NCBI GenBank assembly: GCA_030059675.1
Contig: JANVYQ010000005.1
Location: 32,001-96,000, forward strand
Direction of reading: 5' to 3'
Origin: Candidatus Pelearchaeum maunauluense
GTDB lineage: Archaea; Thermoproteota; Nitrososphaeria_A; Caldarchaeales; Caldarchaeaceae
Length of the DNA: 64,000 nucleotides
Made by a program: the position numbers and the translations under genes
In this document: piece after piece, positions 21,381 through 31,138 of the stretch
Position numbering within the stretch: the stretch's first letter is position 1
How the letters are laid out: each line of letters opens with the position of its first letter
Notes under the pieces: model-generated
The model's input: the letters and a program-made list of their open reading frames with translations, nothing else
What the model was told of the DNA's origin: nothing
Database searches by the model: none

Positions 21381-21531
21381 TGATTAATCTATTTTTGTTT
21401 TATCCACTTTATAGAGAATATATTTTTATTCTCAAATCTGGGTAATTGTAGTAAAATGACAATACTGCTTAATAATTGTAATTATAAAAAATTGATTGCC
21501 TTACAGACAAATGAATTAATTACGCATATCA

Positions 21532-21774
21532 TTATTGGATTCGCAGGAGCCAGGCTTGGTGGAAGAATGGATAGTTGAGCAGTTTCTTGGTGAGCCACTC
21601 AGCTTTTTGTTGTGTGCCTATTAACGTGAGTATTGCTGAGAGCCTTGCGCCGCTGTCTGTGCTTGCTATGGTAGCGCCCTCAAGCGAGAGTTGCCCCTGC
21701 TTGACCAGTAGCATCATCTTCGCTATCGCGTCAGGATTGTTGCTAAGCTGTACGTATATGAGAAACCTTGTCAT
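21532..21774 (-). CDS. ACT-domain acetolactate synthase small subunit-like protein
   Basis: 80 aa with an ACT-like beta-alpha pattern (L.NNPDAIAKM); overlaps the ilvB 3' end. Confidence 0.6.
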   Translation of the reverse strand: MTRFLIYVQLSNNPDAIAKMMLLVKQGQLSLEGATIASTDSGARLSAILTLIGTQQKAEWLTKKLLNYPFFHQAWLLRIQ

Positions 21775-23485
21775 GCAGCTCCAACCCCGGTGGTAGTTTA
21801 ACCTCTGAGAGCCATTTGCCAGGTGGAACCATCGGAAAGACCATCTCCTCGCGGCCTATGGGGACGTCTATCGTTATGGCGGTGTTGCTGCGCACAGCTC
21901 TCTTGACGACGGTAGTCAGTTCCTCGTAGGAGTCAACCCTCACGGCTTCGACGCCGAAGGCTTCTGAGAGCTTTACTAGGTCTGTTTTGTCTGTGTAATC
22001 AACGTCCTTGAAGCGCTTCTGGTAGAACATATCCTGCCACTGCCTAACCATCCCCAGGGTTCTGTTGTCAAAGATTATCGTTATGATTGGTAGGTTGTAG
22101 TCGGCAATACATGCTAGTGTTTGGCATGTCATTAGGAAACTTCCGTCTCCATCTAGATTTACGACAGTTCTGTCTGGCGCTGCTGCTTTGGCTCCAAATG
22201 CCGCTGGTAGGCCGAAGCCCATGGTTCCGAGGCCGCAGCTACTAATGAAGCTGCTGGGAGTTCTAGACTTCCAGAAGAGTTGCGTCCACATCTGATGCTG
22301 CCCAACACCTGTGGTTACTATCGTGTCTGGTGGGAGTATGTTGTTGAGTAGTGAGATTACTTTCCACGAAGTCATTCGTGAGTTTCCTTCTTGGCTCATC
22401 ATGAATTCATCATAGGCCTCGCCTACCTCTTTAAACCGCCTTATGAGCGGGCTCTCTGGCCTTTTAGCCATAATATGCTTGATATAGTCTATCAGTTCGC
22501 GTAGTACTAGCTTCGCGTCTCCGTTGAGTGAGATTGTTGGTTTTACGTTCTTTCCTATTTCGCTGGAGTCTATGTCTATGTGGATTATCTTGCGGCCTCG
22601 CTCAAAGTCCTGTGCTGGTCCTATTGCTCTGTCTGAGAGTCTGGTTCCTACGCAGATTACTAGGTCTGACTCCATTATGGCTAGGTCTGCCTCTAAGCGG
22701 CCGTGCATTCCGACTACTCCTAAGACGAGTGGATGCGTCTCTGGGACTGATGATTTCCCAGGCGTTGTTGTTACTATTGGAGCGCCTATGAACTCGGCTA
22801 GCTCCAGAACCTCTTGTGTGGCGCCGCTGAAGAGGACTCCCCCGCCCGATAATATTACGGGTTTCTCCGCCTGGCTTATCGCCTTGGCTGCCTCCATTAT
22901 GCTATGCACGTCAGGCTCGCGTGGCCGTTGGTTGAAGAGCGGCTCAGGCATCACGTCCACATCGTCTTCCTCAATCTCTTCCTGCATAACGTCGCGGGGT
23001 ATGTCTAGCAGCGTAGGCCCAGGCCTGCCTGTCATGGCGACAGTGTAAGCGTTAACGAACTCCTGAACAAGGCGTCGCGAGTCTTTGACTGTCACGGCGT
23101 ATTTTATGTGGGGCAGGGTTAAGCCCACTATATCCGCCTCTTGGAAGGCGTCGGTTCCCATAAACGCCCTGACAACCTGCCCTGTTATGGCTAGAACTGG
23201 TATGCTGTCCATAGAGGCATCCACAAGCCCTGTTATGAGGTTCGTCGCCCCTGGGCCTGATGTCCCACTACATATTCCTGGCCTGTTCTTTATCCGTGCA
23301 TATCCCTCAGCCGCGTGAGCTGCTTGCTGCTCGTGGCGCATTAGGTAGCTGTTTATGTCAGCATCATAGAGAGCGTCGTAGAAGGGCATGTTAGCCCCTC
23401 CTGGTATGCCGAAGATTGTATCCACGCCCTTTCGTCGCATCTGCTTGATCAGTAGATCAACGCTCCTAGCCATCCCTATGACCAC
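21743..23485 (-). CDS. ilvB: Acetolactate synthase large subunit
   Basis: FGIPGGA, RHEQ.AAHAA, TSGPGATN, GTDAFQE, GVGQHQMW, GLGTMGFGLP, GDGSF..., LGMVRQWQ. Confidence 0.96.
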   Translation of the reverse strand: MVIGMARSVDLLIKQMRRKGVDTIFGIPGGANMPFYDALYDADINSYLMRHEQQAAHAAEGYARIKNRPGICSGTSGPGATNLITGLVDASMDSIPVLAITGQVVRAFMGTDAFQEADIVGLTLPHIKYAVTVKDSRRLVQEFVNAYTVAMTGRPGPTLLDIPRDVMQEEIEEDDVDVMPEPLFNQRPREPDVHSIMEAAKAISQAEKPVILSGGGVLFSGATQEVLELAEFIGAPIVTTTPGKSSVPETHPLVLGVVGMHGRLEADLAIMESDLVICVGTRLSDRAIGPAQDFERGRKIIHIDIDSSEIGKNVKPTISLNGDAKLVLRELIDYIKHIMAKRPESPLIRRFKEVGEAYDEFMMSQEGNSRMTSWKVISLLNNILPPDTIVTTGVGQHQMWTQLFWKSRTPSSFISSCGLGTMGFGLPAAFGAKAAAPDRTVVNLDGDGSFLMTCQTLACIADYNLPIITIIFDNRTLGMVRQWQDMFYQKRFKDVDYTDKTDLVKLSEAFGVEAVRVDSYEELTTVVKRAVRSNTAITIDVPIGREEMVFPMVPPGKWLSEVKLPPGLELHDKVSHIRTA

Positions 23486-25019
23486 TCTCCACCCTCATGT
23501 AGTTACTCTGGGAAAGCAACAACTGGTGAACCGCGCTCGCGACAGCGCTAGTAATAGCGGCTGCTGGGTCTTTATCCAAGCCGCGTCCAACGGTTTCCGT
23601 ATCCTTAATCCTTAGAATTACCTCAGCCTCCGCTGGGTGTCTCTCATCAAACATGCCTGAGAGAACTTTGTAATCAACCAACTGTACGTCGGCTATGCTT
23701 TCTACTGCTTTTAGCGCCGCCCTTAGGCTTGCCGTCACTGGGTTTGAGCCTGCGCCGCGGCCTGCGACTATCTCATGAGCTACTATAAGCTCGCAGGCTG
23801 CGTCGTATTCTCCATCCACCTTGCTTATGCTCAGCCTCCTAATGCTGGAGCGTTCTAGTGTCTGTTTTCCATAGACCTGCGTGGCTATTGAGAGCACGTC
23901 CTCCTCAGAGACCCTGCCTCCAGAGTCGCCTATCTCCTTGATTCGCGCGAGTATCTTGCGTAGCTTCTCCCGCTCTACCGTGAAGCCATACTCCTTGAGC
24001 AGGGCTTCTACGCCATGAGCTCCCGAATGCTTTCCAAATACTATCCTACGCCGCCTGCCGAAGGATTCTGGCATTACGGGCTCGTAGGTATGCGGGCTTC
24101 CGAGTATCCCATGAACGTGTATCCCGCTCTCGTGGGAGAAGGCATTATCCCCTACTATCGCCTTGTTCTTGGGGACTATGATGCCTGTGAGCTTCTCGAC
24201 GAGGCGGGATGTCTTGTATAGGTTTTCCAACCTGATATTCGTCTTCACGCCATAGAGGAAGTTGAGCGCAGAGACTATCTCCTCTAGGCTAGCGTTGCCA
24301 GCGCGCTCACCTATGCCGTTGATTGTGGCATGTATTATCTCGGCGCCAGCCTCCACGCCCGCGAGCGAGTTAGCTACAGCCAGGCCGAAATCATCATGAC
24401 AGTGGACGCTTACTGGGACCTTCACGTTCTCCTTAGTGAGCCTAACTAGGTAGCGCATAGCGTAGGGGAGCGCTGTTCCAACCGTGTCAGGAATGTCTAT
24501 ACTATCGGCACCTGCTTTTTCAACCTCCCTAAAGACACGCATCAGGAAAGAAGGCTCTGTCCGCGTGGCGTCTTCAGCGGAGAAATGGACAGTAACCCCA
24601 TGCTCCTTGGCGTACTCCACCATGCTCCGCGCCTTCTCCAGCGCCTCTTCACGGGTAAGCCGTAGCTTATGTTTCAAATGAATGTCTGAGGTCGCTATGA
24701 AGACATGTATCCAATCCACGTCAGCGTTTAGCGCTGCGTCTATGTCCATCTTCTCCGCACGCGCAAGAGCGCATATCTTGGCCTTCAGCTTCATGTTGGC
24801 GATGGTCTTGACAGCCTCCGCCTCGCCCTTAGAGACCAACGGAAAACCAGCCTCAATAATATCAACACCCAACTCATCAAGAGCCTCAGCAACCCTAATC
24901 TTGTCTTCAGGCTTCAACGCAGCGCCAGGCGTCTGCTCACCATCACGCAGCGTAGTGTCGAAGATATACACCCTCTCAGGAAGAAGATACTCTCTCTGGA
25001 GAAGATTCTTCCAGGCCAT
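23466..25019 (-). CDS. leuA: 2-isopropylmalate synthase (LeuA; CimA/citramalate synthase not excluded)
   Basis: DTTLRDGEQ, HCHDDFGLAVANS, GIGERAGN, HESGIH, GKHSG, C-terminal regulatory domain; SD GAGGTGA upstream of ATG 25019. Confidence 0.85.
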   Translation of the reverse strand: MAWKNLLQREYLLPERVYIFDTTLRDGEQTPGAALKPEDKIRVAEALDELGVDIIEAGFPLVSKGEAEAVKTIANMKLKAKICALARAEKMDIDAALNADVDWIHVFIATSDIHLKHKLRLTREEALEKARSMVEYAKEHGVTVHFSAEDATRTEPSFLMRVFREVEKAGADSIDIPDTVGTALPYAMRYLVRLTKENVKVPVSVHCHDDFGLAVANSLAGVEAGAEIIHATINGIGERAGNASLEEIVSALNFLYGVKTNIRLENLYKTSRLVEKLTGIIVPKNKAIVGDNAFSHESGIHVHGILGSPHTYEPVMPESFGRRRRIVFGKHSGAHGVEALLKEYGFTVEREKLRKILARIKEIGDSGGRVSEEDVLSIATQVYGKQTLERSSIRRLSISKVDGEYDAACELIVAHEIVAGRGAGSNPVTASLRAALKAVESIADVQLVDYKVLSGMFDERHPAEAEVILRIKDTETVGRGLDKDPAAAITSAVASAVHQLLLSQSNYMRVESGHRDG

Positions 25020-25112
25020 AAAATCACCTCTAGAGAATAATGAGTTTGAGGAGGAGACGGCCCTGAAGAAGGCTACTAGCATTTTCCAAATCGCGGCGAG
25101 CCGTTGGGCCAT

Positions 25113-25142
25113 TTACCGAGCGCGGTGAAGCAATAATCCCAC
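25113..25142 (-). promoter_or_regulatory. Putative Leu-rich leader peptide uORF (MGLLLHRAR*) of the leuA-ilvB-ilvN operon
   Basis: GTG GGA TTA TTG CTT CAC CGC GCT CGG TAA between a TATA box (CTTATATA, 25184-25177) and the leuA SD. Confidence 0.5.
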
Positions 25143-25198
25143 CCTCAGACTTGTAATCCCTAACGCTGTACAGAGCTATATAAGCATTGACGAGTTCT

Positions 25199-26761
25199 TC
25201 ATAGAGGGATGTTGCCGTGCTTCTTTGCTGGTCTGAATTCTTCTTTGTCGCGTAGCATGTCTAGGGCTTTTATGAGCTTGATGCGCGTCTCAGATGGTTC
25301 TATGACCTCATCTACCAAGCCCCGCTCGGCAGCCACATAGGGGTTGGCGAACTTTCTGCGATACTCCGCGGCCAGCTCACGCCGCTTGGCCTCTGGGTCT
25401 TGCGCAGAAGCTACCTCTTTCCTGAAGATTATGTTGATAGCTCCTTCGGGGCCCATAACCGCTATCTCGGCGGTTGGCCAGGCTAGGTTTATGTCTGCTC
25501 GCGAGTATTTGGAGCCCATGGCGCAGTAGGCGCCTCCATAGGCTTTACGTATGTTGACCGTTATCTTCGGGACTGTTGCTTCGCAGTATGCGTAGAGGAG
25601 CTTGCTTCCGTGCCTGATTATCCCGCCGTGCTCCTGCTCTATTCCTGGCATGTATCCTGGGACATCTACAAATGTGATTATTGGTATGTTGAAGCAGTCG
25701 CAGAATCTTATGAAGCGCGCGGCCTTATCGCTGGAGTTTATGTCCAGCACACCCGCCATGTGGAGCGGCTGGTTGGCCACAACTCCAACAGTATTCCCAT
25801 CAAGCCTACCAAAGCCCACAATAATGTTTTGCGCCCAGCCCGCGTGAACCTCCATAAAATCACCATCATCCAAGACCTCTAGGATTATCTGCTTCATGTC
25901 ATATGGCTTATACGGGTCTTCTGGAACTATGCTTTCTATTCCATCAAGCCTCCTGTCTGGCCTATCCTGCGGCTCCACGCGCGGAGGTAGCTCGCTGTTG
26001 TTGGACGGCAGGTAGGAGAGGAGGCGTCTAATCATCATTAGGCACTCCTCATCATCGGCCGCGGTGAAGTGCGCTACGCCGCTAATTTCAGCATGAACAT
26101 GAGCGCCTCCCAGCTCCTCAAACGACACCTCCTGCCCCAACGCTGCTTTCACCACATCAGGGCCTGTAACGAACATCGTGGCGGTTTTCTCCACCATGAA
26201 GATGAAGTCCGTCATGGCTGGGCTGTATACCGCACCGCCAGCGCATGGGCCCATTATGGCTGAAATCTGTGGAATTACGCCTGAGGCTAGTGTGTTTCTG
26301 AAGAATATCTCGCTATACGCGGCGAGGCTTGCTATCCCCTCCTGTATCCTCGCTCCTCCAGAGTCGTTTAGCCCTATGACGGGAGCGCCTGTCTTTAGGG
26401 CTAGGTCCATTATCTTACAGACCTTCTTCCCGAAGACCTCGCCTAGCGAGCCGCCCATCACCGTGAAGTCATGCGAGAAGACGAATACCGTTCTCCCATC
26501 TATCTTACCATATCCCGTAACTACTCCATCGCCGAGGTAGCGTCTCTCGGCCATGCCGAACTCAGTAGCCCTATGGACTGCGAACTTGTCAATCTCAACG
26601 AAGCTACCAGGGTCTAGGAGTATGTCCAGCCTTTCGCGGGCTGTGAGCTTCCCCTTAGCGTGCTGCTCCTCAATCTTCTTCACTCCTCCTCCAAGCTCCG
26701 CTTCGCGATTCATCTTGCGGAGACGTTCCAGCAGGTCTTCATGGAGCATGACGGCCAACAT
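25199..26761 (-). CDS. pccB: Acyl-CoA carboxylase carboxyltransferase subunit (propionyl-CoA carboxylase beta/methylmalonyl-CoA decarboxylase alpha)
   Basis: GKLTARER, DSGGARIQEG, GPCAGGAVYSPA, DVPGYMPG, RKAYGGAY, KKHGNIPL. Confidence 0.92.
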   Translation of the reverse strand: MLAVMLHEDLLERLRKMNREAELGGGVKKIEEQHAKGKLTARERLDILLDPGSFVEIDKFAVHRATEFGMAERRYLGDGVVTGYGKIDGRTVFVFSHDFTVMGGSLGEVFGKKVCKIMDLALKTGAPVIGLNDSGGARIQEGIASLAAYSEIFFRNTLASGVIPQISAIMGPCAGGAVYSPAMTDFIFMVEKTATMFVTGPDVVKAALGQEVSFEELGGAHVHAEISGVAHFTAADDEECLMMIRRLLSYLPSNNSELPPRVEPQDRPDRRLDGIESIVPEDPYKPYDMKQIILEVLDDGDFMEVHAGWAQNIIVGFGRLDGNTVGVVANQPLHMAGVLDINSSDKAARFIRFCDCFNIPIITFVDVPGYMPGIEQEHGGIIRHGSKLLYAYCEATVPKITVNIRKAYGGAYCAMGSKYSRADINLAWPTAEIAVMGPEGAINIIFRKEVASAQDPEAKRRELAAEYRRKFANPYVAAERGLVDEVIEPSETRIKLIKALDMLRDKEEFRPAKKHGNIPL

Positions 26762-26819
26762 ACAGCAGTCATAGCAGCTTTTAATGCTTTAATGCGTGTA
26801 GCATGTTGTTTATGCTGGG

Positions 26820-27566
26820 TTGTCTGCGACCATAGGCTCTAGGGTTATGGTTCTTGATTCCGTTGATTCCACGATGGACGAGGCTCGGCGTATGGGGTTG
26901 AACGAAGAGGGCGCCGTGATAGTCGCGCGCAAGCAGTCAAATGCGCGCGGTCGTCTTGGAAGAACGTGGCACTCACCCGTTGGAGGGCTCTGGTTTACGA
27001 TAGTAGTTATCCCGAAGCAGAGCGCCACGACGTCGCCTCTTCTCAGTCTAGCCGCATCGCTTGCCGTGGCGCGTGGAATAACCGCAGCCACGGGTCTGCC
27101 AGCAGCTATCAGATGGCCCAACGACGTTTATATTCATGGTGGGAAGGTGGCTGGGGTACTCACAGAGCTAGAAGTCGTGGGCGACGTGATAACACGCGCA
27201 TTTGTGGGAGTGGGGGTTAATGCTAATTTTGAACTAGACGAGCTCCCAGAGGAGATACGCAGCAAGACCACCACAATACTCCGCGAGCTCGGCCGTGGAG
27301 TAAGCCTAGATGAGCTACTGGCAAAAATACTCAAGGAGTTCAACAGCATTTATGAAACATACAAAACAGGATGGCATGACGAGATTCTCCGCGAGGTGAA
27401 GGAGAATATGGAGCTATTGGGCAGCCCTGTGGTGGTTACGCTCACTAATGGCACGTTGATAGGAGTGTTAGAGGATATAGACGAGTTGGGCAGGATAATA
27501 CTTCGCTTAGACCAAGACAGGATACAACTATCCCCAGGGGATGTGGAGCGTATAGCTCCCGCGTAG
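26820..27566 (+). CDS. birA: Biotin--protein ligase
   Basis: VDSTMD, Q..ARGRLGR.W.SP.GGLW, RWPND...GKVAGVL.E, GVGVN. Confidence 0.92.
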   Translation: MSATIGSRVMVLDSVDSTMDEARRMGLNEEGAVIVARKQSNARGRLGRTWHSPVGGLWFTIVVIPKQSATTSPLLSLAASLAVARGITAATGLPAAIRWPNDVYIHGGKVAGVLTELEVVGDVITRAFVGVGVNANFELDELPEEIRSKTTTILRELGRGVSLDELLAKILKEFNSIYETYKTGWHDEILREVKENMELLGSPVVVTLTNGTLIGVLEDIDELGRIILRLDQDRIQLSPGDVERIAPA

Positions 27567-27598
27567 CACTGTCTTGAAAATTATATTAGCATCTGCTG

Positions 27599-28336
27599 GT
27601 GGTTTGTGGTGAGCTGGATATGGAGCGTCTGCCAGTGAATATACGCGCAAAGCCTGGTGATGTGGCTGAGGTGGCGATAACCGCTGGAGACCCAGCGCGC
27701 GTTGAGCAGCTTGCTTCAATGCTGCAGGACGTAAAGCTGGTGAATAAGAATCGCGGCTTACTGGTCTATACTGGCAAGTATCGTGGTAAGGGTGTTACTG
27801 TCGCCATGCACGGGATAGGCGGCCCCTCCTCCGCGATAGTGTTTGAGGAGCTGCACATGCTTGGGGCTAAGACAATAGTACGCTTGGGCTCATGCGGCGC
27901 TATGGTGAAGGAACTGGATATAGGTGATGTCGTTATAGCTACGGGCGCAGCATGTACGGGGGGTTCTCTCAAGATGTATATTCCAGACGGGATACTGCCA
28001 GCGGTTCCTGATATAGAGCTTACTCACAAGCTTATTGAGAAGTGCAGGTCTGAGAAGCTTAAGCATCTTGCGTGTGTTGTATTTAGCTCCGACGCCTTCT
28101 ATGCTGAAGACCCCAAGTTTGTGGAGAAATGGACCAGTAGGGGTGTGAAGGCTGTTGAGATGGAGTGCGCTACGTTGTTCTCCCTAGGTCTTCTAAGAGG
28201 CTTTAGGACAGCCTCTCTCTTGGTGGTGAGTGATAGCTTGGTTAAGCCTGAGCAGATGGAGATGGTTACTGCTGAGGTTTTGAAGCCCTACGTGGATAAG
28301 GCCGCGCGCGTCGTGCTTGACGTGCTTACTGAGTAG
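27599..28336 (+). CDS. Purine nucleoside phosphorylase, DeoD/hexameric NP-I family
   Basis: GDPARV, HGIGGPS, RLGSCGA, SSDAFY, VEMECATL. Confidence 0.9.
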   Translation: MVCGELDMERLPVNIRAKPGDVAEVAITAGDPARVEQLASMLQDVKLVNKNRGLLVYTGKYRGKGVTVAMHGIGGPSSAIVFEELHMLGAKTIVRLGSCGAMVKELDIGDVVIATGAACTGGSLKMYIPDGILPAVPDIELTHKLIEKCRSEKLKHLACVVFSSDAFYAEDPKFVEKWTSRGVKAVEMECATLFSLGLLRGFRTASLLVVSDSLVKPEQMEMVTAEVLKPYVDKAARVVLDVLTE

Positions 28337-30003
28337 CCCTCTACACCATATACACGCTCAGCTATCTCGCGGCTTATCAAACCATACTGCAAGTCTCGTA
28401 GAACTCGCTCCCTACTCCTTCTACGCGGCTCGCCATACCCACCGCCGCCCGCGGTTCTTATGATTAGCCTATCCCCTGGGCTTAGACGCGTCCTTGCCTT
28501 GGAGCTTAGGCGTATCACCTCGCCACTTCCCCGCTGGACAAGATATTCCGAGGGCTTCGCCCCAGTTCCTCCCCAAAGCCCCCAGGGAGCTATCCTACTC
28601 CTCTCACCAACTATCGTCACGTCTATCTCAGCGAGGGCTGTGAAGCTCCTCTCTATCCCGCAACCACCACGAAACTCCCCATGCCCCATGCTATCAGGCC
28701 TCAAAGAGTATGTGTTGAAGATTACTGGGTAGTAGAGCTCTATCACCTCTATAGGAGTGTTTAGGGTGTTTGTCATGTTTACGTGGATTCCATCTACTCC
28801 ATCTTTTCCGAGTCTTCCGCCGTAGCCGCCTCCTATCGTCTCGTAGAACGCCCAGCGCTCACCAGTTCGCGGATGGACGCCGCCCATCATTAGGTTAGTC
28901 ATAGAGCCATGCGCCGCCGCAGGTATCCTGTCTGGCACCGCATGAGAGAGCGCGCGGTATATCGCATCAACAATCCTCTGCGAGGTCTCCACATTACCAG
29001 CAGACACCGCAGCAGGCCAGCATGCATTAAGCATACATCCCTCAGGAGCATAAACCCTCACAGTCCTGTAGAAGCCGTCATTAACCTCAACATGATGCGA
29101 CAATATGCTCCTAACAGCAAACATGGACGCAGCAACCGTTACGCCATAAACGGTATTTACTGGGCCTTTTACCTGCTTCTCGGTGCCGCTGAAGTCCATC
29201 TCTATCCGCTTCGGCGATATGCTCACTTTCACGGCTATCCGCGCTGGTCTCTCTTCTCGCGCGCTTATTGTCTCTAGGTAGTCCTCTCCTACGTATTCTC
29301 CTTCTGGCATGCGTTCATACTCCAGCCTCACCGCCTTCTCGGTCTGGTCTAGTATCTCGCTACATGCTTCAAGGAAGGTCTTTGCGCCGTACCTGTTTAT
29401 TATCTCAGCTATGTTTCTAGCTCCCAGCGTGTTGGCCGCAAGCTGGGCGTGTAGGTCGCCAAGCGTTATGCTTGGCATCCTGACGTTCCGCGTAATCATC
29501 TCAAGCACTTCCCTGCTTGTTTTTCCGCGCCTGACGAGCTTCGTCGGAGGTATTACTATCCCCTCCTGATGAATCTCGTCGGCATCAGCGCTTATGCTCG
29601 CTGGAGAAGCTCCACCCACATCGGAGTGATGCGCCTTATTCGCTGCATACGCCACCAGCTCACCGCGATGAAAGACAGGCTGGATGAGCGTAATGTCGTT
29701 AAGATGAGTCCCAGAGATGTACGGGTCGTTTACTATGACTACATCACCTTCCTCAAGCTCCACCTCCTCCCTCTCTAGGTATTGTAGTGTGTTCCTGAGA
29801 CCTACTGGAAGTGAGCCGAGGTGTACTGGTATGTGCTCCGCCTGTCCGATGGTTCTTCCATAGGAGTCTAGCACGGCGCAGCTATGGTCAGCGCGCTCCC
29901 GTATGTTGGGCGAATATGCTGAGCGGCGTAAAGCTACGCCCATCTCCTCAGCAGTGTAGATGAGACTACGCTTTATCAGCTCAACAGTAGCCTTGTCTGG
30001 CAC
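28288..30003 (-). CDS. Hydantoinase B/5-oxoprolinase subunit
   Basis: AEEMG..L.RSAYSPNIRER.D.S, IPVHLGS, NDPY..GTHLND, HH.DVGG, TNTLNTPIE, G.GEFRGG.G. Confidence 0.92.
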   Translation of the reverse strand: MPDKATVELIKRSLIYTAEEMGVALRRSAYSPNIRERADHSCAVLDSYGRTIGQAEHIPVHLGSLPVGLRNTLQYLEREEVELEEGDVVIVNDPYISGTHLNDITLIQPVFHRGELVAYAANKAHHSDVGGASPASISADADEIHQEGIVIPPTKLVRRGKTSREVLEMITRNVRMPSITLGDLHAQLAANTLGARNIAEIINRYGAKTFLEACSEILDQTEKAVRLEYERMPEGEYVGEDYLETISAREERPARIAVKVSISPKRIEMDFSGTEKQVKGPVNTVYGVTVAASMFAVRSILSHHVEVNDGFYRTVRVYAPEGCMLNACWPAAVSAGNVETSQRIVDAIYRALSHAVPDRIPAAAHGSMTNLMMGGVHPRTGERWAFYETIGGGYGGRLGKDGVDGIHVNMTNTLNTPIEVIELYYPVIFNTYSLRPDSMGHGEFRGGCGIERSFTALAEIDVTIVGERSRIAPWGLWGGTGAKPSEYLVQRGSGEVIRLSSKARTRLSPGDRLIIRTAGGGGYGEPRRRSRERVLRDLQYGLISREIAERVYGVEGYSVSTSSTTRAALST

Positions 30004-30050
30004 TGCCTATCCAACCGTCCTTACAAAGCCCAGCTCTTATATTCATTCCT

Positions 30051-30593
30051 CTACAAATGCTCAGGTAGTGAGAAGAAGGCTACTGCCTGTAATATAGCTG
30101 CTACGACTATTATTATGAAGCCCACCACGATTATCATAAGTGCTACTCCTATGAGGTATATGAGAGCGGCTCTGCTGAACATGCTTATGTTTAGAGCCTT
30201 GGCTATAGCATCGTAGCTCTTACGCAGGTATATCGCCGAGAAGAGCAGCAAAGCCCACGCTACAGCTATTACTATCAGAGTAGCAAGAGCTAGCTGCATC
30301 ATCCCCATAGCCGGCGTTGACATTAATGAGCCCCTCATGGTAGCTAATGTGAAGAAACTACCAACGGCGAATACCGCTATTGATAACGAGCCAACCACTA
30401 CGAGGATTACTGCTATGAGCATGTTCCTGAATATTGTTTCATCATTCACGGCATCAGCTATATCCTTCACCGCCACGAGTACTAGAATCAATCCTATGAG
30501 CATTAGGAGCGGCCCTACTATAGGGGCTATGGAGAGAACCATGAGTATAGAGCCTACGCCTCCTAGGGCTTTGGCTTGGCTTAACGAGCTCAC
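30051..30593 (-). CDS. DUF996 family membrane protein
   Basis: AK.LGG.GSIL, LIGLILVL.A...I, IF.N, LRKSY..IA....MF..AA..Y.IG..L.II.VG, VAFFSLP. Confidence 0.8.
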   Translation of the reverse strand: MSSLSQAKALGGVGSILMVLSIAPIVGPLLMLIGLILVLVAVKDIADAVNDETIFRNMLIAVILVVVGSLSIAVFAVGSFFTLATMRGSLMSTPAMGMMQLALATLIVIAVAWALLLFSAIYLRKSYDAIAKALNISMFSRAALIYLIGVALMIIVVGFIIIVVAAILQAVAFFSLPEHL

Positions 30594-30636
30594 AGCTACG
30601 GAGTATGTAGAGTCATATATAAAATGTGGGTTAGAT

Positions 30637-31138
30637 TTAGATGGCGCTCTTCAGCGTGTCAACGAGCTTGGCGAGCTCTTCAGAGACTCTCTTGACGGTC
30701 TCCGAGAGTCTGCTACTTCTCTGCTTCTCTTCTTCCAGCTGCTTTTTTTAGCCGATTCACTTCTTCCTCCAGCGCTGCTGTGTCAAGGGACTTCGTAGGT
30801 GCTGGAAACACGTCTGGGAGCGTTATATTCACGCCCTCCCTAGCAAACTTCTCATACGTCTCCCTAACTATCTGCCCAGCCTTTGTCTTACCCTGCAAGT
30901 GGTTTCTAATTGTTGCCTCACTCCTCCCTATCTCATCTGCTATCTGGCTCACGGATAGCTTGGCCTTCTCCCTAGCCAGCGCAGCAGCGACAGCAAGACT
31001 ATCAACCCAGGTCAATCGTTCCTCTGGATTACGCAGCTCCTCTATAACATCTGGCCTGAGTATGCTGCCTATAAGCAGGGCAGACTCAAGCTTATGTATC
31101 TGCTCTCTACCAACGGGTGAGAGAGGTACTTCGCTCAC
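30637..31138 (-). CDS. COG1318-like HTH regulator associated with KaiC ATPases; C-terminal coiled coil displaced by a 1-nt frameshift in an A7 run
   Basis: [53 protein letters not shown]; as sequenced it stops at 30713, and removing one A at 30743-30749 extends it to TAA 30637. Confidence 0.75.

Larger units (their letters stand above)
15260..21528. other. AT-rich accessory island inserted between ilvN and ilvC
   Basis: Visibly lower GC than the flanks, frequent GATC, pseudogenes; separates co-oriented ilvN and ilvC; no integrase or transposase seen. Confidence 0.75.

Noticed and set aside
25020-25112. 31-aa N-terminal extension of LeuA from ATG 25112, as in the ORF track
   Set aside because: A strong SD (GAGGTGA) precedes ATG 25019 and the extension has no LeuA-like sequence; better read as leader RNA, though re-initiation at the TAA-ATG junction is not excluded
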